Assembly: GCA_050949565.1 (NCBI GenBank)
Contig: JBMNFY010000008.1
Location: 224,001 to 288,000 of the forward strand
Length of the DNA: 64,000 nucleotides
Direction of reading: 5' to 3'
Source: Kiritimatiellia bacterium
GTDB lineage: Bacteria > Verrucomicrobiota > Kiritimatiellia > RFP12 > UBA1067
Every line of letters begins with the position of its first letter. The stretch's first letter is position 1. The translations under genes and the position numbers were made by a program. Below the pieces are notes generated by a model. That model saw only the letters and a list, made by a program, of their open reading frames with translations, was not told the DNA's origin and searched no databases. Shown here one piece after another: positions 36,245-46,561 of this stretch.

Positions 36245-37501
36245 CTATCGCGCACACGCGGCCAACACGACCGCGACGATCGTGGAGGTAAGACCGACCG
36301 CAGCTTCGTAGGGAATCAATTTCAGGCGGTCCTTTACCGACATCCCGACCGCGCCGCCAGTCGCATGGAAGAAACTGCCGTGCGGCAGGGAATCGATGAT
36401 CGTCGCGCCGGCATGGATCATCGCCGCAGAAGCGAGCGCGGGCACCCCGGCTGAAACCAGCGTGCCGGAAAAAGTCTGCGAGGCGATCGTCGCGCCAGCG
36501 GTGGTCGAAGCCGTCGCCCCGGCCATCAAAAAGCCGGAAACCGGCGCGAGCGCCATCGTCGGCAGATGCAGGGCGCCGAGCAACGCGATCATATCTTGGT
36601 TGAGCCCCGAATCCTTGACAATGCCGGCAATGGTACCGGTACCAATCAGGAGAATGGAGACCCCGATCACCTTCGAAAGGCCGAACTCGGAGTTGGCGAC
36701 GGTATCACGCCACTTGCCGGTCACCAGATTACAGACGAGGCCGCCCACAGGCAGTGCGACGAGCGGATCGACCGCAATGCCGCAGAGCGGGCGAAGCGCG
36801 AGCAGAACGACGACGGTCAGGGGACCTATCACCGCTTGCATGAACGAGGGCAGATCTGTTGCGGAAGCCGCGTCGTCTTCGGCAACCTCCGTCGTCACAT
36901 CCCCCGCCCGTCTGGCCATGATCGTCGAAATCAGAATCGTCACCACGAGCGCCGCGATCGCCGGAATGATATTTGCACCCATCAGCGAGGTCAGTTCGAT
37001 TTTGAAGGCATCGGCCGCAGCAATCGTGTTAGGGTTCGGCGAGATGATGTTGCCCGCCTTACCACCGCCGATCATCGCCACAAGAAGCGCACTCACCGGC
37101 AGCTTCGCCTTGCGTCCGACCGCAAGTGCCACCGGCGCGACCGTGATCACCGCAATATCGATGAACACCCCGACGGCGCAGACGATCATCGTCGACAGGG
37201 CGACCGCCGTCAGCGCGAACCGCGCCCCCAGCGCACCGACGATCGCATCCGCGATCTTCGCCGCACTCCCGGTCTTCACCAACGCGCCGACAAGGACACC
37301 GGAGGCGAGAATCCGAAGGACCGACGGCATCATCGCCTTGGTGCCATCGATCATCGCGGCGACAGTATCGGTGAGTCCGCCGCCACCGATCAAACCGCCG
37401 GCGAGCGCCCCGAAGATCAGGGCATAGGCCGGGGTCGCCTTGCGGATGATGAGGAAGATCGCAATCGCAAGCCCGATCAAGGCACCGTAAGTCGTAAACA
37501 T
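36245..37501 (-). CDS. GntP-family permease (glycerate/sugar-acid transporter-like)
   Basis: GGGKAGNIISPNPNTIA, IIDSLPHGSFFHATGGAV; many TM helices. Confidence 0.9.
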   Translation of the reverse strand: MFTTYGALIGLAIAIFLIIRKATPAYALIFGALAGGLIGGGGLTDTVAAMIDGTKAMMPSVLRILASGVLVGALVKTGSAAKIADAIVGALGARFALTAVALSTMIVCAVGVFIDIAVITVAPVALAVGRKAKLPVSALLVAMIGGGKAGNIISPNPNTIAAADAFKIELTSLMGANIIPAIAALVVTILISTIMARRAGDVTTEVAEDDAASATDLPSFMQAVIGPLTVVVLLALRPLCGIAVDPLVALPVGGLVCNLVTGKWRDTVANSEFGLSKVIGVSILLIGTGTIAGIVKDSGLNQDMIALLGALHLPTMALAPVSGFLMAGATASTTAGATIASQTFSGTLVSAGVPALASAAMIHAGATIIDSLPHGSFFHATGGAVGMSVKDRLKLIPYEAAVGLTSTIVAVVLAACAR

Positions 37502-37643
37502 AAGGATCTGAAAGGTTAAAGGTCGCGCACACGCCCCAATCGTCTGGGTTCCCGTCCCAGAACCAACGGAGACAATGTACACCGTGCTACGGCAACCCGT
37601 CCAATGGATTTCTCCGCGCCTTCAAAATCCGCAGTCGCGCAAC

Positions 37644-37673
37644 TTGACAGATAGCCGTGCCCCTCTGTAACAT
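37644..37673 (+). promoter_or_regulatory. Putative sigma70 promoter for efp
   Basis: TTGACA-N18-TAACAT. Confidence 0.55.
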
Positions 37674-37706
37674 GAATCCCTACTTCAAACGCGAAAGAGG
37701 GCGATT

Positions 37707-38276
37707 ATGCTTACCGTATCTGATCTGCGCAAGGGCGCAAAAATCCAGTTGGAAGACGGCCAGCCGTGGCTGGTCACTGAGTTTGACTTCAGCAAGCCCG
37801 GCAAGGGACAGGCGATCTATAACTGCAAGCTGAAGAATATGCTGACCGGCACGACCATGAGCAAAAGTTTCCGCTCGAATGACAGGTTCGAGAAACCGGA
37901 GTTGGTTCAGAAACAGGTGCGCTTCTCATACGAAAACGATGGCCACTATGTGTTTCTGAACGAGAATTACGAAGAGTTGGTGATCGAGGAGGAGGTGCTC
38001 GGACGTAACAAGTATTTCCTGATGGACGACATGCCCGTCGACGCCCTCTTCTTCAACGACAAGGTGATTGACGTCGAACTGCCGAATATGGTCGAGCGCA
38101 CCGTGATTAGCTGCGAGGTCGGCGTCAAAGGCAACACCGCTTCCGGCAAGGTTACCAAGCCCGCCACCGTCGAAGGCGGCTACGAACTGGCCGTCCCGCT
38201 CTTCATCAACGAAGGCGACGTGATCCGTATCGACACGCGGACCGGCGAATACAACGACCGCGCCCGCACGGCGTAA
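37707..38276 (+). CDS. efp: Elongation factor P
   Basis: SDLRKG, KPGKGQA, VPLFINEGDVIRIDTRTGEY. Confidence 0.97.
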   Translation: MLTVSDLRKGAKIQLEDGQPWLVTEFDFSKPGKGQAIYNCKLKNMLTGTTMSKSFRSNDRFEKPELVQKQVRFSYENDGHYVFLNENYEELVIEEEVLGRNKYFLMDDMPVDALFFNDKVIDVELPNMVERTVISCEVGVKGNTASGKVTKPATVEGGYELAVPLFINEGDVIRIDTRTGEYNDRARTA

Positions 38277-38314
38277 CACTGAATGCCTGTAAGCAGACCT
38301 GTTGGAGGAGTCTT

Positions 38315-39646
38315 ATGACCGCTGAGAAAATCGCCGCGCTGGACAGCTTTTCACCTGAAACGCGCGCTGCCGCGCTCAACGCGCTCGCCGCCGGGACCTT
38401 TCCCGAGCCCGGCGCGAACTTCAACATGCACTGCCATTCGTTCTTTTCGTACAACGCCGACGGCTGGTCGCCCTCACGCGTGGCGTACGAATGCCGCGCG
38501 CGCGGCCTGTGCGCTGCGGCACTGTGCGACTTTGACGTGCTCGACGGCCTTGAGGAGTTTCTCGCCGCCGGCCGCCTGCTGGCGCTACGTACCGCCGTCC
38601 ACTTGGAGACCCGCGCCTACGTTCCGGAACTGGCGTCCTGCGATATCAGCTCGCCGGGCGAACCGGGCGTGACCTACATCATGGGCTGCGGCTTCGCCCG
38701 CGAACCGGAAGCCGATACGCCGCAAGCCACAACGCTGGCGGCACTCCGCCAAGGCGCGCAGGAACGCAATCTCGCGCTGATCGCCCGCGTCAACGCCGCG
38801 TTGCCCGCGATTGCGATTGACTACGCGCGCGACGTGCTGCCGCTGACTCCGAAAGGTGTCGCTACCGAGCGCCACATCGTGCGTGCCTACCGTGTCCAAG
38901 CGGAGAAGGCACTTGCCGACGCCGTAGCGCGCGCGGCCTTCTGGGCGCCGCTGCTCGCCTGCAACGAGACCGATTACCCCGCGCTCGAAGCGACACTGCC
39001 GAAACTCGAGGATCGGATCCGCAACGCGCTCGCCAAGCGCGGCGGCATCGGCTACATCCAGCCGGATGAAACGACCTTCCCGCTGGCAGACGACTTTACG
39101 CGCTGGGTGAAGGCGTGCGACGCCATCCCCACCATCGCCTGGCTGGACGGCACCAGCGACGGCGAGGCCGACGCCGACCGGCTGCTGGACCTGATGACCG
39201 CCAAAGGCTGCGCCGCGCTCAACATCATTCCGGACCGCAACTGGAACCTCAAGTCACCTGACGAGGCGGCCACCAAGCAGGCCAAGCTCGCCGAGATTGT
39301 GGCCGGTTGCGTCGCGCGCGACCTGCCGGTCAACATCGGCACCGAGATGAACAAGGGCGGCTTGCCTTTTGTCGATGATCTGGCCGGTCCGGTGCTGAGC
39401 CGCTACGCCTCTGTCTTTGTGCAGGGCATGCAGATCATGGTCGGCCAGAGCGTGCTGGCCCGGTATGCGGATGCGCCTTACCTCGGCGCGCGTGCCGTGG
39501 CGGAGTTCCCGGACCGTGCGCAGCGTAACGCCTTTTATGCGGCGGTCGGAGCCCTACCGGCCTTGACCGACCAAACTGCCGCACGACTGCAAGACGCAGG
39601 CCCCGATAAAGCCTTCAGCCTACTGGCCGACGCCGCACGGAACTAG
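38315..39646 (+). CDS. PHP-domain (metal-dependent phosphoesterase-like) protein
   Basis: NMHCHSFFSYN (HxH), ALCDFDVLDG. Confidence 0.7.
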   Translation: MTAEKIAALDSFSPETRAAALNALAAGTFPEPGANFNMHCHSFFSYNADGWSPSRVAYECRARGLCAAALCDFDVLDGLEEFLAAGRLLALRTAVHLETRAYVPELASCDISSPGEPGVTYIMGCGFAREPEADTPQATTLAALRQGAQERNLALIARVNAALPAIAIDYARDVLPLTPKGVATERHIVRAYRVQAEKALADAVARAAFWAPLLACNETDYPALEATLPKLEDRIRNALAKRGGIGYIQPDETTFPLADDFTRWVKACDAIPTIAWLDGTSDGEADADRLLDLMTAKGCAALNIIPDRNWNLKSPDEAATKQAKLAEIVAGCVARDLPVNIGTEMNKGGLPFVDDLAGPVLSRYASVFVQGMQIMVGQSVLARYADAPYLGARAVAEFPDRAQRNAFYAAVGALPALTDQTAARLQDAGPDKAFSLLADAARN

Positions 39647-42116
39647 CCCATCCCAGAACAATTAGCGCGGCGCATATGCTGATGACCAGAGCGACCGGCT
39701 GCTTGGAAGTACGCAACACAACCTCGTGATCGCCAGCAGGGATGAGTGCGGCGGGCCAGATGCCATCAACGGTGTAGAGCTGCACGGGAGCGCCGTCCAC
39801 CAGAAGTTGCTGGCGGTCGCGAAGCCGCTCATCGAATACCAACAGGCCGGGAGCCTGTGCAGAAACCCGCACACGCGTCGCTAGCACTCCTGGCCGTCCG
39901 CGCGTGGTCAGCACCTCCACCTTCGCCGCACCGCCGGTCTGCCCCTCCACGCGCGGCGCATCAGAAACGGGCAGATCGGAAGTCGCCGCCGTCTCAGCAT
40001 GGCGCGCCACCGGTATGTCTCCCATCCACTCCGTAACAAAATAGGGTGCGACCACCGGCTGCACCACAGCCGCCAAGGTCAAGGTCTGTTCGCCGGGCTG
40101 TTGCACCGAGCGTACGGTCCCGGCCCCCAGTTCAAAATCCAGCAGCGGACGCAACACGCCGGCGCGGATCAGACCCTCGGCATTTTTGCGCGGCACAATC
40201 ACCGCCTGCGCATGCAGCCGCCGCCACAGCTTGAGCGCGTCCTTCTGCAGCGCGGTGAAAAGTTGGCCGTACGCGCCACTCATATCGTCTTGACTGGGCG
40301 CTAAATTGCGGATGCCGTTGAAGGCTAGCGAAGAACTGAACCATTCGTGCCCCGGCACATTCTGTGTGGCGTAGCTAACGACATTCGGCGTGCGATCACC
40401 GGCTTGCGACCTGAGCGCTTTTACCACCGCATTCTCGCGATAGAGTGGCCCCAACTCCATCGGCCGCACATAACGCCGGGCGACAGTCGCCTGATCAAGG
40501 CAGAGCAGTGCGATCAGGCACGCTGCCAGCACCCAAGGGGCGCGATCATCGCGGATGCGGTAGACCACAGCCCACAGGGCACCCGCGACCACCAGCGCCA
40601 GCCCTGCGGCACGGACGGTATTGCGCAGCGTGTAACCGCCTAGCGCATCGGCCACCTGCCCCAGTCCGAGGGCGGTGATGTGCCGAACAATCGCCGGACG
40701 GGCCGTCAGCGCCACCAACACGCCGAGCAGCAACACGCCAGCCATGCCGCACGCCAGCTTGACCAATCTGCGCCGCAACTTATCATCCTGTTCGCCGCGC
40801 AGAAACAGCTCCATGCCGAACCCCGCCAGAAACGCAGTGGCGATTTCTACCAGATGCAGGAACTTTACCGGCGCGCGGATGTAGTCCATATAGGGAAGCG
40901 CATAGAATAGGCGGTAAAGCGGCGTGTAGCGTCCCATCGCCAACAGCAGACAGACCAGCCAGACACCACACCAGAAGGGGACGTCGGAAAATTTAGGATT
41001 TAGGAAGGAGGATTTAGGAGTTGGGAGTTGGGAGTTGGGAGTTTTGTTTTCTGGGGAGGGACGAGCGTCTGCTCGTCCGGGACGGGAGAAAGCCGCGAAG
41101 ATCGCAAAGAGCAGCGGGATGAGACCAAGATAGACGGTATGTTGCCGGTAGTTGGGCATCATGCGGCCCTTTTGGAACAGGCTGTCGTGGGGGCGTCCAA
41201 GGCGCCCCCAGTAGGGATACGGCGGCTGCGCGGAGTCGTTGCCGAAGACACCGGGCACAAGGAACTCCAGAACGTCCTCGGGCGGCAGGCTCCAATTCGT
41301 CGCGAACAGCCAGCGTTCGCGCCGTTCGGCGGCACTTTTTTCGGGCATGTCTGCGGTACTCTCCTCGGACGACGACCGACCGCTTGCCCCGGCGATCTGC
41401 GCATCGCGGTTGGCAATCTGCGTGGTCACCGCCGACCGAACACCGGCAAAACCGGCCAGCACAAGTATGACGAGCGAGATCGCAAAACGCGGCCAGATGG
41501 TGAGGATTTTGGATTTTAGATTTTGGATTTTAGATTTGGAGAACGTCAGCCAGAGCACATAGGCGGCGGCCAGCGCACCGACAAGCAGCAAGACATCGGG
41601 CTGATACGACACGCCCCATGCGAGAACCAGTCCCAGCAAGGCAAACGGAGTCAATCGCCGTGTCGCGAATCCGCTGGCGATCAGGCCAAAGGCCCAGATC
41701 GCGCAAGAGAACATGTGAAAGTACCCGCGATGTCCAGCACTGAAAAGTGTGAAGGTGTAACCGCAGAAGCCGAGCGCCAAACCGCCGAACCATGCAGACA
41801 GCGGGTGCAGGCGTTGCGTGTGCAGATAGTAGACCGCGCCGAGTGTCAGCACCAAGGTGTCAATGATGTAGGTCAGTTCGTGTGCGTAAAGCGGGTGCAG
41901 AATCAACCAGTACAGGTTATGCGGTGAAAAAGTTCCGCCAGCCAACAGATTCTCAATGTGTGGCGTCCGCCACGGCCACGCGAAAAATGGCATCGAGTCC
42001 GGCGCGACCAGCCCGGCGTATTTGGGCAACACCGGAAGAAAGACGATCAACATGCCAATTGCAAAGATGCAAAGGCAATACAACGTGCAACGCCATTTTT
42101 GAACATAATCGGCCAT
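39615..42116 (-). CDS. YfhO-like polytopic membrane protein (GT-C-like) with in-frame repeat insertions
   Basis: ATNWSLPPED, YLGLIPLLFA, LPYMDYIRAPVKF, C-terminal GLLVFDE..IPAGDHEVVL. Confidence 0.78.
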   Translation of the reverse strand: MADYVQKWRCTLYCLCIFAIGMLIVFLPVLPKYAGLVAPDSMPFFAWPWRTPHIENLLAGGTFSPHNLYWLILHPLYAHELTYIIDTLVLTLGAVYYLHTQRLHPLSAWFGGLALGFCGYTFTLFSAGHRGYFHMFSCAIWAFGLIASGFATRRLTPFALLGLVLAWGVSYQPDVLLLVGALAAAYVLWLTFSKSKIQNLKSKILTIWPRFAISLVILVLAGFAGVRSAVTTQIANRDAQIAGASGRSSSEESTADMPEKSAAERRERWLFATNWSLPPEDVLEFLVPGVFGNDSAQPPYPYWGRLGRPHDSLFQKGRMMPNYRQHTVYLGLIPLLFAIFAAFSRPGRADARPSPENKTPNSQLPTPKSSFLNPKFSDVPFWCGVWLVCLLLAMGRYTPLYRLFYALPYMDYIRAPVKFLHLVEIATAFLAGFGMELFLRGEQDDKLRRRLVKLACGMAGVLLLGVLVALTARPAIVRHITALGLGQVADALGGYTLRNTVRAAGLALVVAGALWAVVYRIRDDRAPWVLAACLIALLCLDQATVARRYVRPMELGPLYRENAVVKALRSQAGDRTPNVVSYATQNVPGHEWFSSSLAFNGIRNLAPSQDDMSGAYGQLFTALQKDALKLWRRLHAQAVIVPRKNAEGLIRAGVLRPLLDFELGAGTVRSVQQPGEQTLTLAAVVQPVVAPYFVTEWMGDIPVARHAETAATSDLPVSDAPRVEGQTGGAAKVEVLTTRGRPGVLATRVRVSAQAPGLLVFDERLRDRQQLLVDGAPVQLYTVDGIWPAALIPAGDHEVVLRTSKQPVALVISICAALIVLGWASSVRRRPVG
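40991..41078. repeat. Heptamer tracts plus GGAG-REP translated inside the YfhO-like CDS
   Basis: (TTAGGAT)n and (GGAGTTG)n followed by GGAGGGACGAGCGTCTGCTCGTCC, read as GRADARPSPENKTPNSQLPTPKSSFLNPK. Confidence 0.85.
41504..41540. repeat. (RGATTTT)n heptamer tract translated inside the YfhO-like CDS
   Basis: Read as SKSKIQNLKSKIL. Confidence 0.8.
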
Positions 42117-42345
42117 CTTCAACCTTTGGTTTCTGGTTTCAGGGTTTCGGGGGTTCAGGTTTCATCCTAATCTGGATCGTTTGTTGCGACCACGCAGTGG
42201 CTCGCAACGACGAGGGTAAAAGCGGCGGCGTGACCGCCGCCGGACGAGCAGACGCTCGTCCCTCCCGTCTTTTGACTGGGCTCGCAAGGCGCTTCACACG
42301 TCAAAACTCCTAAATCCTAAATCCCAAATCCTAAATTCAAAATGC
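42116..42345. repeat. Mosaic repeat cluster (GGTTTC tract, TTGCGACCAC hairpin, REPs, CCTAAAT heptamers)
   Basis: Shares modules with 49902-50180, 11519, 54434 and 48037-48069. Confidence 0.8.
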
Positions 42346-42378
42346 GTCTGCCCCACCGTCGCGTCTTTTGCCAGACGA

Positions 42379-43216
42379 TCAATCAATCTCTCCGCTCATA
42401 TCGAGCTCGTCCAGCTCGACTTCGCCAGTGTAGACGAATTTGACCGGTCCGGAGAGCGTAAGGCCAGTACATTTGTTGTGCCGCCAGTCGCCGTCGATGA
42501 TCAAATCACAGCCGGACGGCATTTTGACCTGAGTCGGCAACGTGAAGCCGGCGGTCTCGACCGCCACCACCGCGCAAGCGACCGCGCCGGTACCGCAGGC
42601 ACCGGATTCGGCCTCGACCCCGCGCTCGTAGGTACGCATCGTCATGCGGTTGGGCGCACGGAACGTCACGAAGTCCACGTTGGTGCCGTCCGGCGCAAAT
42701 GCGGGATGGAGGCGCAACGCCCGGCCCAACCCCTGCACATCGACCGTGCTGACATTCGGCACCTGCACCACAAAGTGCGGCACCCCCATTACCAGAAAGT
42801 CGCCGCGTACCGTTTCCTCGCCGACCTTCAGTTCCAATCCATAATTCTTTTTGACGGGTTCCGGCATCCAGACACACGCGCCTTTGTCATTCAACTGCGC
42901 GTCCACCAGCCCGCACATCGTCTCCATGGTCAGCGCAGTGCCGCTGGCACCGATCCGGTTGGCAAAGGCCGCCGCGCAGCGCGCGCCGTTACCGCACATC
43001 TCCACTTCCGTCCCGTCCGGATTCAGAAAGCGCATGCGGAAATCTGCCTTGTCCGAGTGCTGGACCAGAGATGACCCCCTCACACCCGATTCCGGTGCGG
43101 CGGCTGGCCAGCGCAGCCATCAGCAAGTGATCCTCCCACGGCACATGCCCATCGCGGTCGTCTATCAGGACAAAGTCGTTGCCCGCACCGTGCATTTTCG
43201 TAAATTTCAGCTTCAT
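42379..43216 (-). pseudogene. dapF: Diaminopimelate epimerase with a +1 frameshift near 43069
   Basis: FTKMHGAGNDF...GIGCEGVI in one frame; LVQHSD..NPDGTEVEMCGNGARC..YERGVEAESGACGTGA in another. Confidence 0.9.
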
Positions 43217-43274
43217 CTTTTTACTCCTCCCTGCCCAAACAACCAACGCGAGCAGTTCCCGCAACCCAACTCAA

Positions 43275-43580
43275 TCTCACACAAAGGCCACGAAGGCCAC
43301 AAAGTTTTCCGTCTTTGTGCGCCACCCAGATGCCGCTCCTCCAACTCTTGTCATCGGGCTTGCGAAGCGCAGGGAGGGGCAAGCGTCTGCTTGCCCGCGG
43401 ACGAGCGACGCTCGTCCCTCCCGATGCTCTGCGAGAAAACCCGAAACCTATTCCTAACCATAAAACACATGAAACTTCATGAAAACCAGAGCCCCTCTTG
43501 ACGTTCTCGGCGCCTTGGCGGTTCCAAAAATCCGAGCAGTGCCAAAACAAACTAATGCACTAATGAACTCATGCACTAAC
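43275..43580. repeat. Mosaic array: triads, inverted GGAG-REP doublet, 8-mer tract
   Basis: CACAAAG triad ~43276; REP doublet 43372-43421; CATGAAA triad ~43456; CGCCAAG triad (-) ~43496-43525; ACTAATGC tract ~43550-43580. Confidence 0.82.
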
Positions 43581-45741
43581 GAATATCCTGTCCAAAGATG
43601 CGCATCATGCGCGTACGCAGATCGCCCTCCGTCTCCATCGGAATATCGGCTCCGCCCGTCAGCGTCACGAGATCGGACAGAATGTTGAGCGCTTCATCGA
43701 GCACCACATCATCTTCCTTACCCTCTTTCGAGGCGTCCTGTACATCGTCCTGCAACTTACGCATTTCGTTTTCAGCTTTCATGAGCTTGCGGCGAGCGTT
43801 GATCTCCAGCGGAACTTCTTTCCGCTCATTGACCTCCTGCACATGCCGGACCAGCGTGCAGTAGCGCACGTAGCGGGCATTGTCCGCCAAGCGCTTGGCG
43901 GACTGCTCTTTCAACTGCGGCACGAACTTCGAGACATCGGCGACGGGGATGTAAAGCGCCTGTTCAATCTGGGTCCACGGCAACGAACCCGGCAGTTTGT
44001 CTTCGCCGATGTCGAGTCCGTCCAATGTCGAGGGAATCACGATGTCCGCGCCCACGCCCTTACGCTGCGTGGAAGCGCCGTTGATGCGGTAGAAACTCGC
44101 GGTCGTCACCTTCATCGAACCGAACTTCTCCGATCCGAGCGGCATCACAGTCTGCACCGTGCCTTTGCCGTGCGACTGCGTATCGCCCACCAGCACAGCG
44201 CGTCCGTAGTCCTGCAACGCGCCGGCCACGATTTCTGAGGCCGAAGCCGAGGCACGGTTGATCAGCACGAGCATCGGCTTGCGGAAGGCCATCGCCGGAT
44301 CCATGTTGGGCACCGGCAGCACGACGATCTGTCGCGCCTCACGCACCTGCACGACCGGTCCGCTGCGCACAAACAGGCCGGTCAGGCTGACCGCCTCGCG
44401 CAACGAACCGCCGCCGTTATCGCGCAGATCAAGAATCAGCCCCGAAACATTCTCGCTGTTGAACGCGGCCAGCCGCTTGGCCACGTCGACAGTCGCACTG
44501 CGGAAGCCGGGCTGATTCGGGCGCTTGTCCATGGTGCCGTAAAAGGTCGGCAGCTTGACGACGCCCAGCTTGCGCACGGTGCCATCCGGCAACGTCACGC
44601 GCGCCACATGGCCGGTTGCGGCCTGCTCTTCCAACTTGACCTCGTCGCGGATAAGATCGACGATCTTGGTCGAGGTGCCGGAAGGGTCGGAGGCCGGGAT
44701 CACGCTCAACACCACCTTGGTGCCCTTCTCACCGCGGATTTTACGCACCGCTTTATTGAGCGGCAAGTGGACGATGTCCTCGATGGCGCCATCGCCCTGC
44801 CCCACGCCGATAATCTTGTCACCCTTGGTCAGCCGGATGGCGCGTTTATCGCGATCGGCGGGACCGCCCGGGATCACCTCCATGATCATCGCAGTTCCGT
44901 CCTCTGAGCGGAGCTGCGCACCGATACCGCAGAGCGAGAGGTTCATGTCGATGTCGAAATCCTCTTTGCGCATCGGCGACATGTAGTCGGAGTGGGGATC
45001 GTACGCCATCGCCACGGCACTGAGGTAGCGTTGCAAAATCGCCTCTTCATCCATGTCCTGAATGACGATCATGAACTGCTTATAGCGTTTGGCGACATTC
45101 TCCTGCGGCGTCAACACAGGCGGCGTGTTGGTCACCGTGCCGCCTGTCGCGGCATCGGGCGTGTCATTCGTCACGGCAGCAGCGGTGTTGGTTACTGCGG
45201 CGCGATCCAGTTCGCGGCTGATAAGCTGCGCCAGCACTTCGTTTTTGATGCGCTTGCGCCACAACTCATCCTGTTCCTCCTGTGTCGCCGGCCAAGGCGC
45301 GTCCTTACGTTTCCAGGTGTACGTCTCGTCTTCGGTGAACGTAAAACCGGTTTCAAGCAGGTTGGTCACATAGGCATAACGGTCTTCAAGCCGCGCGCGG
45401 AACACGCGGTAGACCTCAAACGGAAACGAGACATCCCCCGCCTTAACGGCATCGTCGATGCGCGTCTGCATGTTTGTGAACGCGGCGATATCGCTCTGTA
45501 AAAAGTAGCTACGGTCGAAATCGAACGCGGTGATCAGATTGGTCCACGCCTTTTGCGAAATCTCGTCGCCCAGCGGATATTGCAACAGGTGCGCAGCCGG
45601 CAACACGCGCGCCACCTTCTGCGCCACATCACCATAATGAGGTTGCGGCACCGGCTGCCCGTTGCCCCTGTCCGCCGCCCATATGGCGATCATCGGCGCG
45701 AGCGCCACCATCAAAAACATCCCTGCTCGCCGATTCATCAT
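43576..45741 (-). CDS. prc: Tail-specific (C-terminal processing) protease, S41A
   Basis: YDPHSDY, GIGAQL PDZ domain, DLRDNGGGSL, SASASEIVAGALQDYGRA, HGKGTVQ. Confidence 0.95.
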   Translation of the reverse strand: MMNRRAGMFLMVALAPMIAIWAADRGNGQPVPQPHYGDVAQKVARVLPAAHLLQYPLGDEISQKAWTNLITAFDFDRSYFLQSDIAAFTNMQTRIDDAVKAGDVSFPFEVYRVFRARLEDRYAYVTNLLETGFTFTEDETYTWKRKDAPWPATQEEQDELWRKRIKNEVLAQLISRELDRAAVTNTAAAVTNDTPDAATGGTVTNTPPVLTPQENVAKRYKQFMIVIQDMDEEAILQRYLSAVAMAYDPHSDYMSPMRKEDFDIDMNLSLCGIGAQLRSEDGTAMIMEVIPGGPADRDKRAIRLTKGDKIIGVGQGDGAIEDIVHLPLNKAVRKIRGEKGTKVVLSVIPASDPSGTSTKIVDLIRDEVKLEEQAATGHVARVTLPDGTVRKLGVVKLPTFYGTMDKRPNQPGFRSATVDVAKRLAAFNSENVSGLILDLRDNGGGSLREAVSLTGLFVRSGPVVQVREARQIVVLPVPNMDPAMAFRKPMLVLINRASASASEIVAGALQDYGRAVLVGDTQSHGKGTVQTVMPLGSEKFGSMKVTTASFYRINGASTQRKGVGADIVIPSTLDGLDIGEDKLPGSLPWTQIEQALYIPVADVSKFVPQLKEQSAKRLADNARYVRYCTLVRHVQEVNERKEVPLEINARRKLMKAENEMRKLQDDVQDASKEGKEDDVVLDEALNILSDLVTLTGGADIPMETEGDLRTRMMRIFGQDIR

Positions 45742-46445
45742 GAGTCTTTCTGCTCCATCACCTTAACGATCCGTTCACATTCATCCGCCGTCAAATGACC
45801 CGCATGCGTCACCAGCAACGAGTGAAGCTCCGACGCATTGCAAACCACCGCATTGTCCACCATCAACTGGTCCGGTTCAAAGGTGTCGCTTGCAAAGCAG
45901 ACCACCGGCGTACAAGGCGGCGCACTCCCCAGCCGCTCGCTCAGGAAGCGTGTCAGCGCCTGGGCTGAGCTACGCGCCTGCCGCAACGGTGGGCGGCTCG
46001 GCTCGACACCGTTCACCCGTAAACCAGAATCCTCATACGTGACACGTCCGGACCAGCACTTGGTCTCGACGGCAAAAAGTCCGTTCGGCCCGACCACCAC
46101 ATGATCGATGGCGCCTGGAGCGCCGCAGTCAAAGTCATGAAAGACATGGTAGCCGCGCGGCAACGCGGCCAGCAGCACTGCCACGCTCTCCTCGCCACGT
46201 GCACCCTTGAAAAACGCATTGACGCCTCGGAGACCGTCGCGCACCGCCCAGACCAGAAACGCCGCCGCCGCCAAAAAACCGGTGCCCGCCACACCCAGCG
46301 TCACCTGCGGCAGCGCCGCCCCCGCAAAGAGACCACACGCGAATAACGCCGCCAACAAGGGCCAGAGCGCGCGCACCACACCCGTCGCGCGCGCCCGCTC
46401 ACCCGGCACACCGTGGATCTCCGCTTTTTGAGTTCCATTCATCAC
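45738..46445 (-). CDS. NERD nuclease-related domain membrane protein
   Basis: KGARGEE, IDHVVVGPNGLFAVETKCWSG. Confidence 0.88.
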   Translation of the reverse strand: MMNGTQKAEIHGVPGERARATGVVRALWPLLAALFACGLFAGAALPQVTLGVAGTGFLAAAAFLVWAVRDGLRGVNAFFKGARGEESVAVLLAALPRGYHVFHDFDCGAPGAIDHVVVGPNGLFAVETKCWSGRVTYEDSGLRVNGVEPSRPPLRQARSSAQALTRFLSERLGSAPPCTPVVCFASDTFEPDQLMVDNAVVCNASELHSLLVTHAGHLTADECERIVKVMEQKDS

Positions 46446-46561
46446 ACGGCTTCTGATTTTCGCTTATTCCCGCGCCAGATGCAACCCTGATGTTTTCACG
46501 GTGCGGTTCAACTTTGTTGAAAACGCACCTGAAGGAGAAGTTAGGATTTAGGATTTAGGAG

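Noticed and set aside
36228-37600. tRNA-Leu-anchored island carrying the GntP permease
   Set aside because: No integrase and no duplicated tRNA 3' end were seen.
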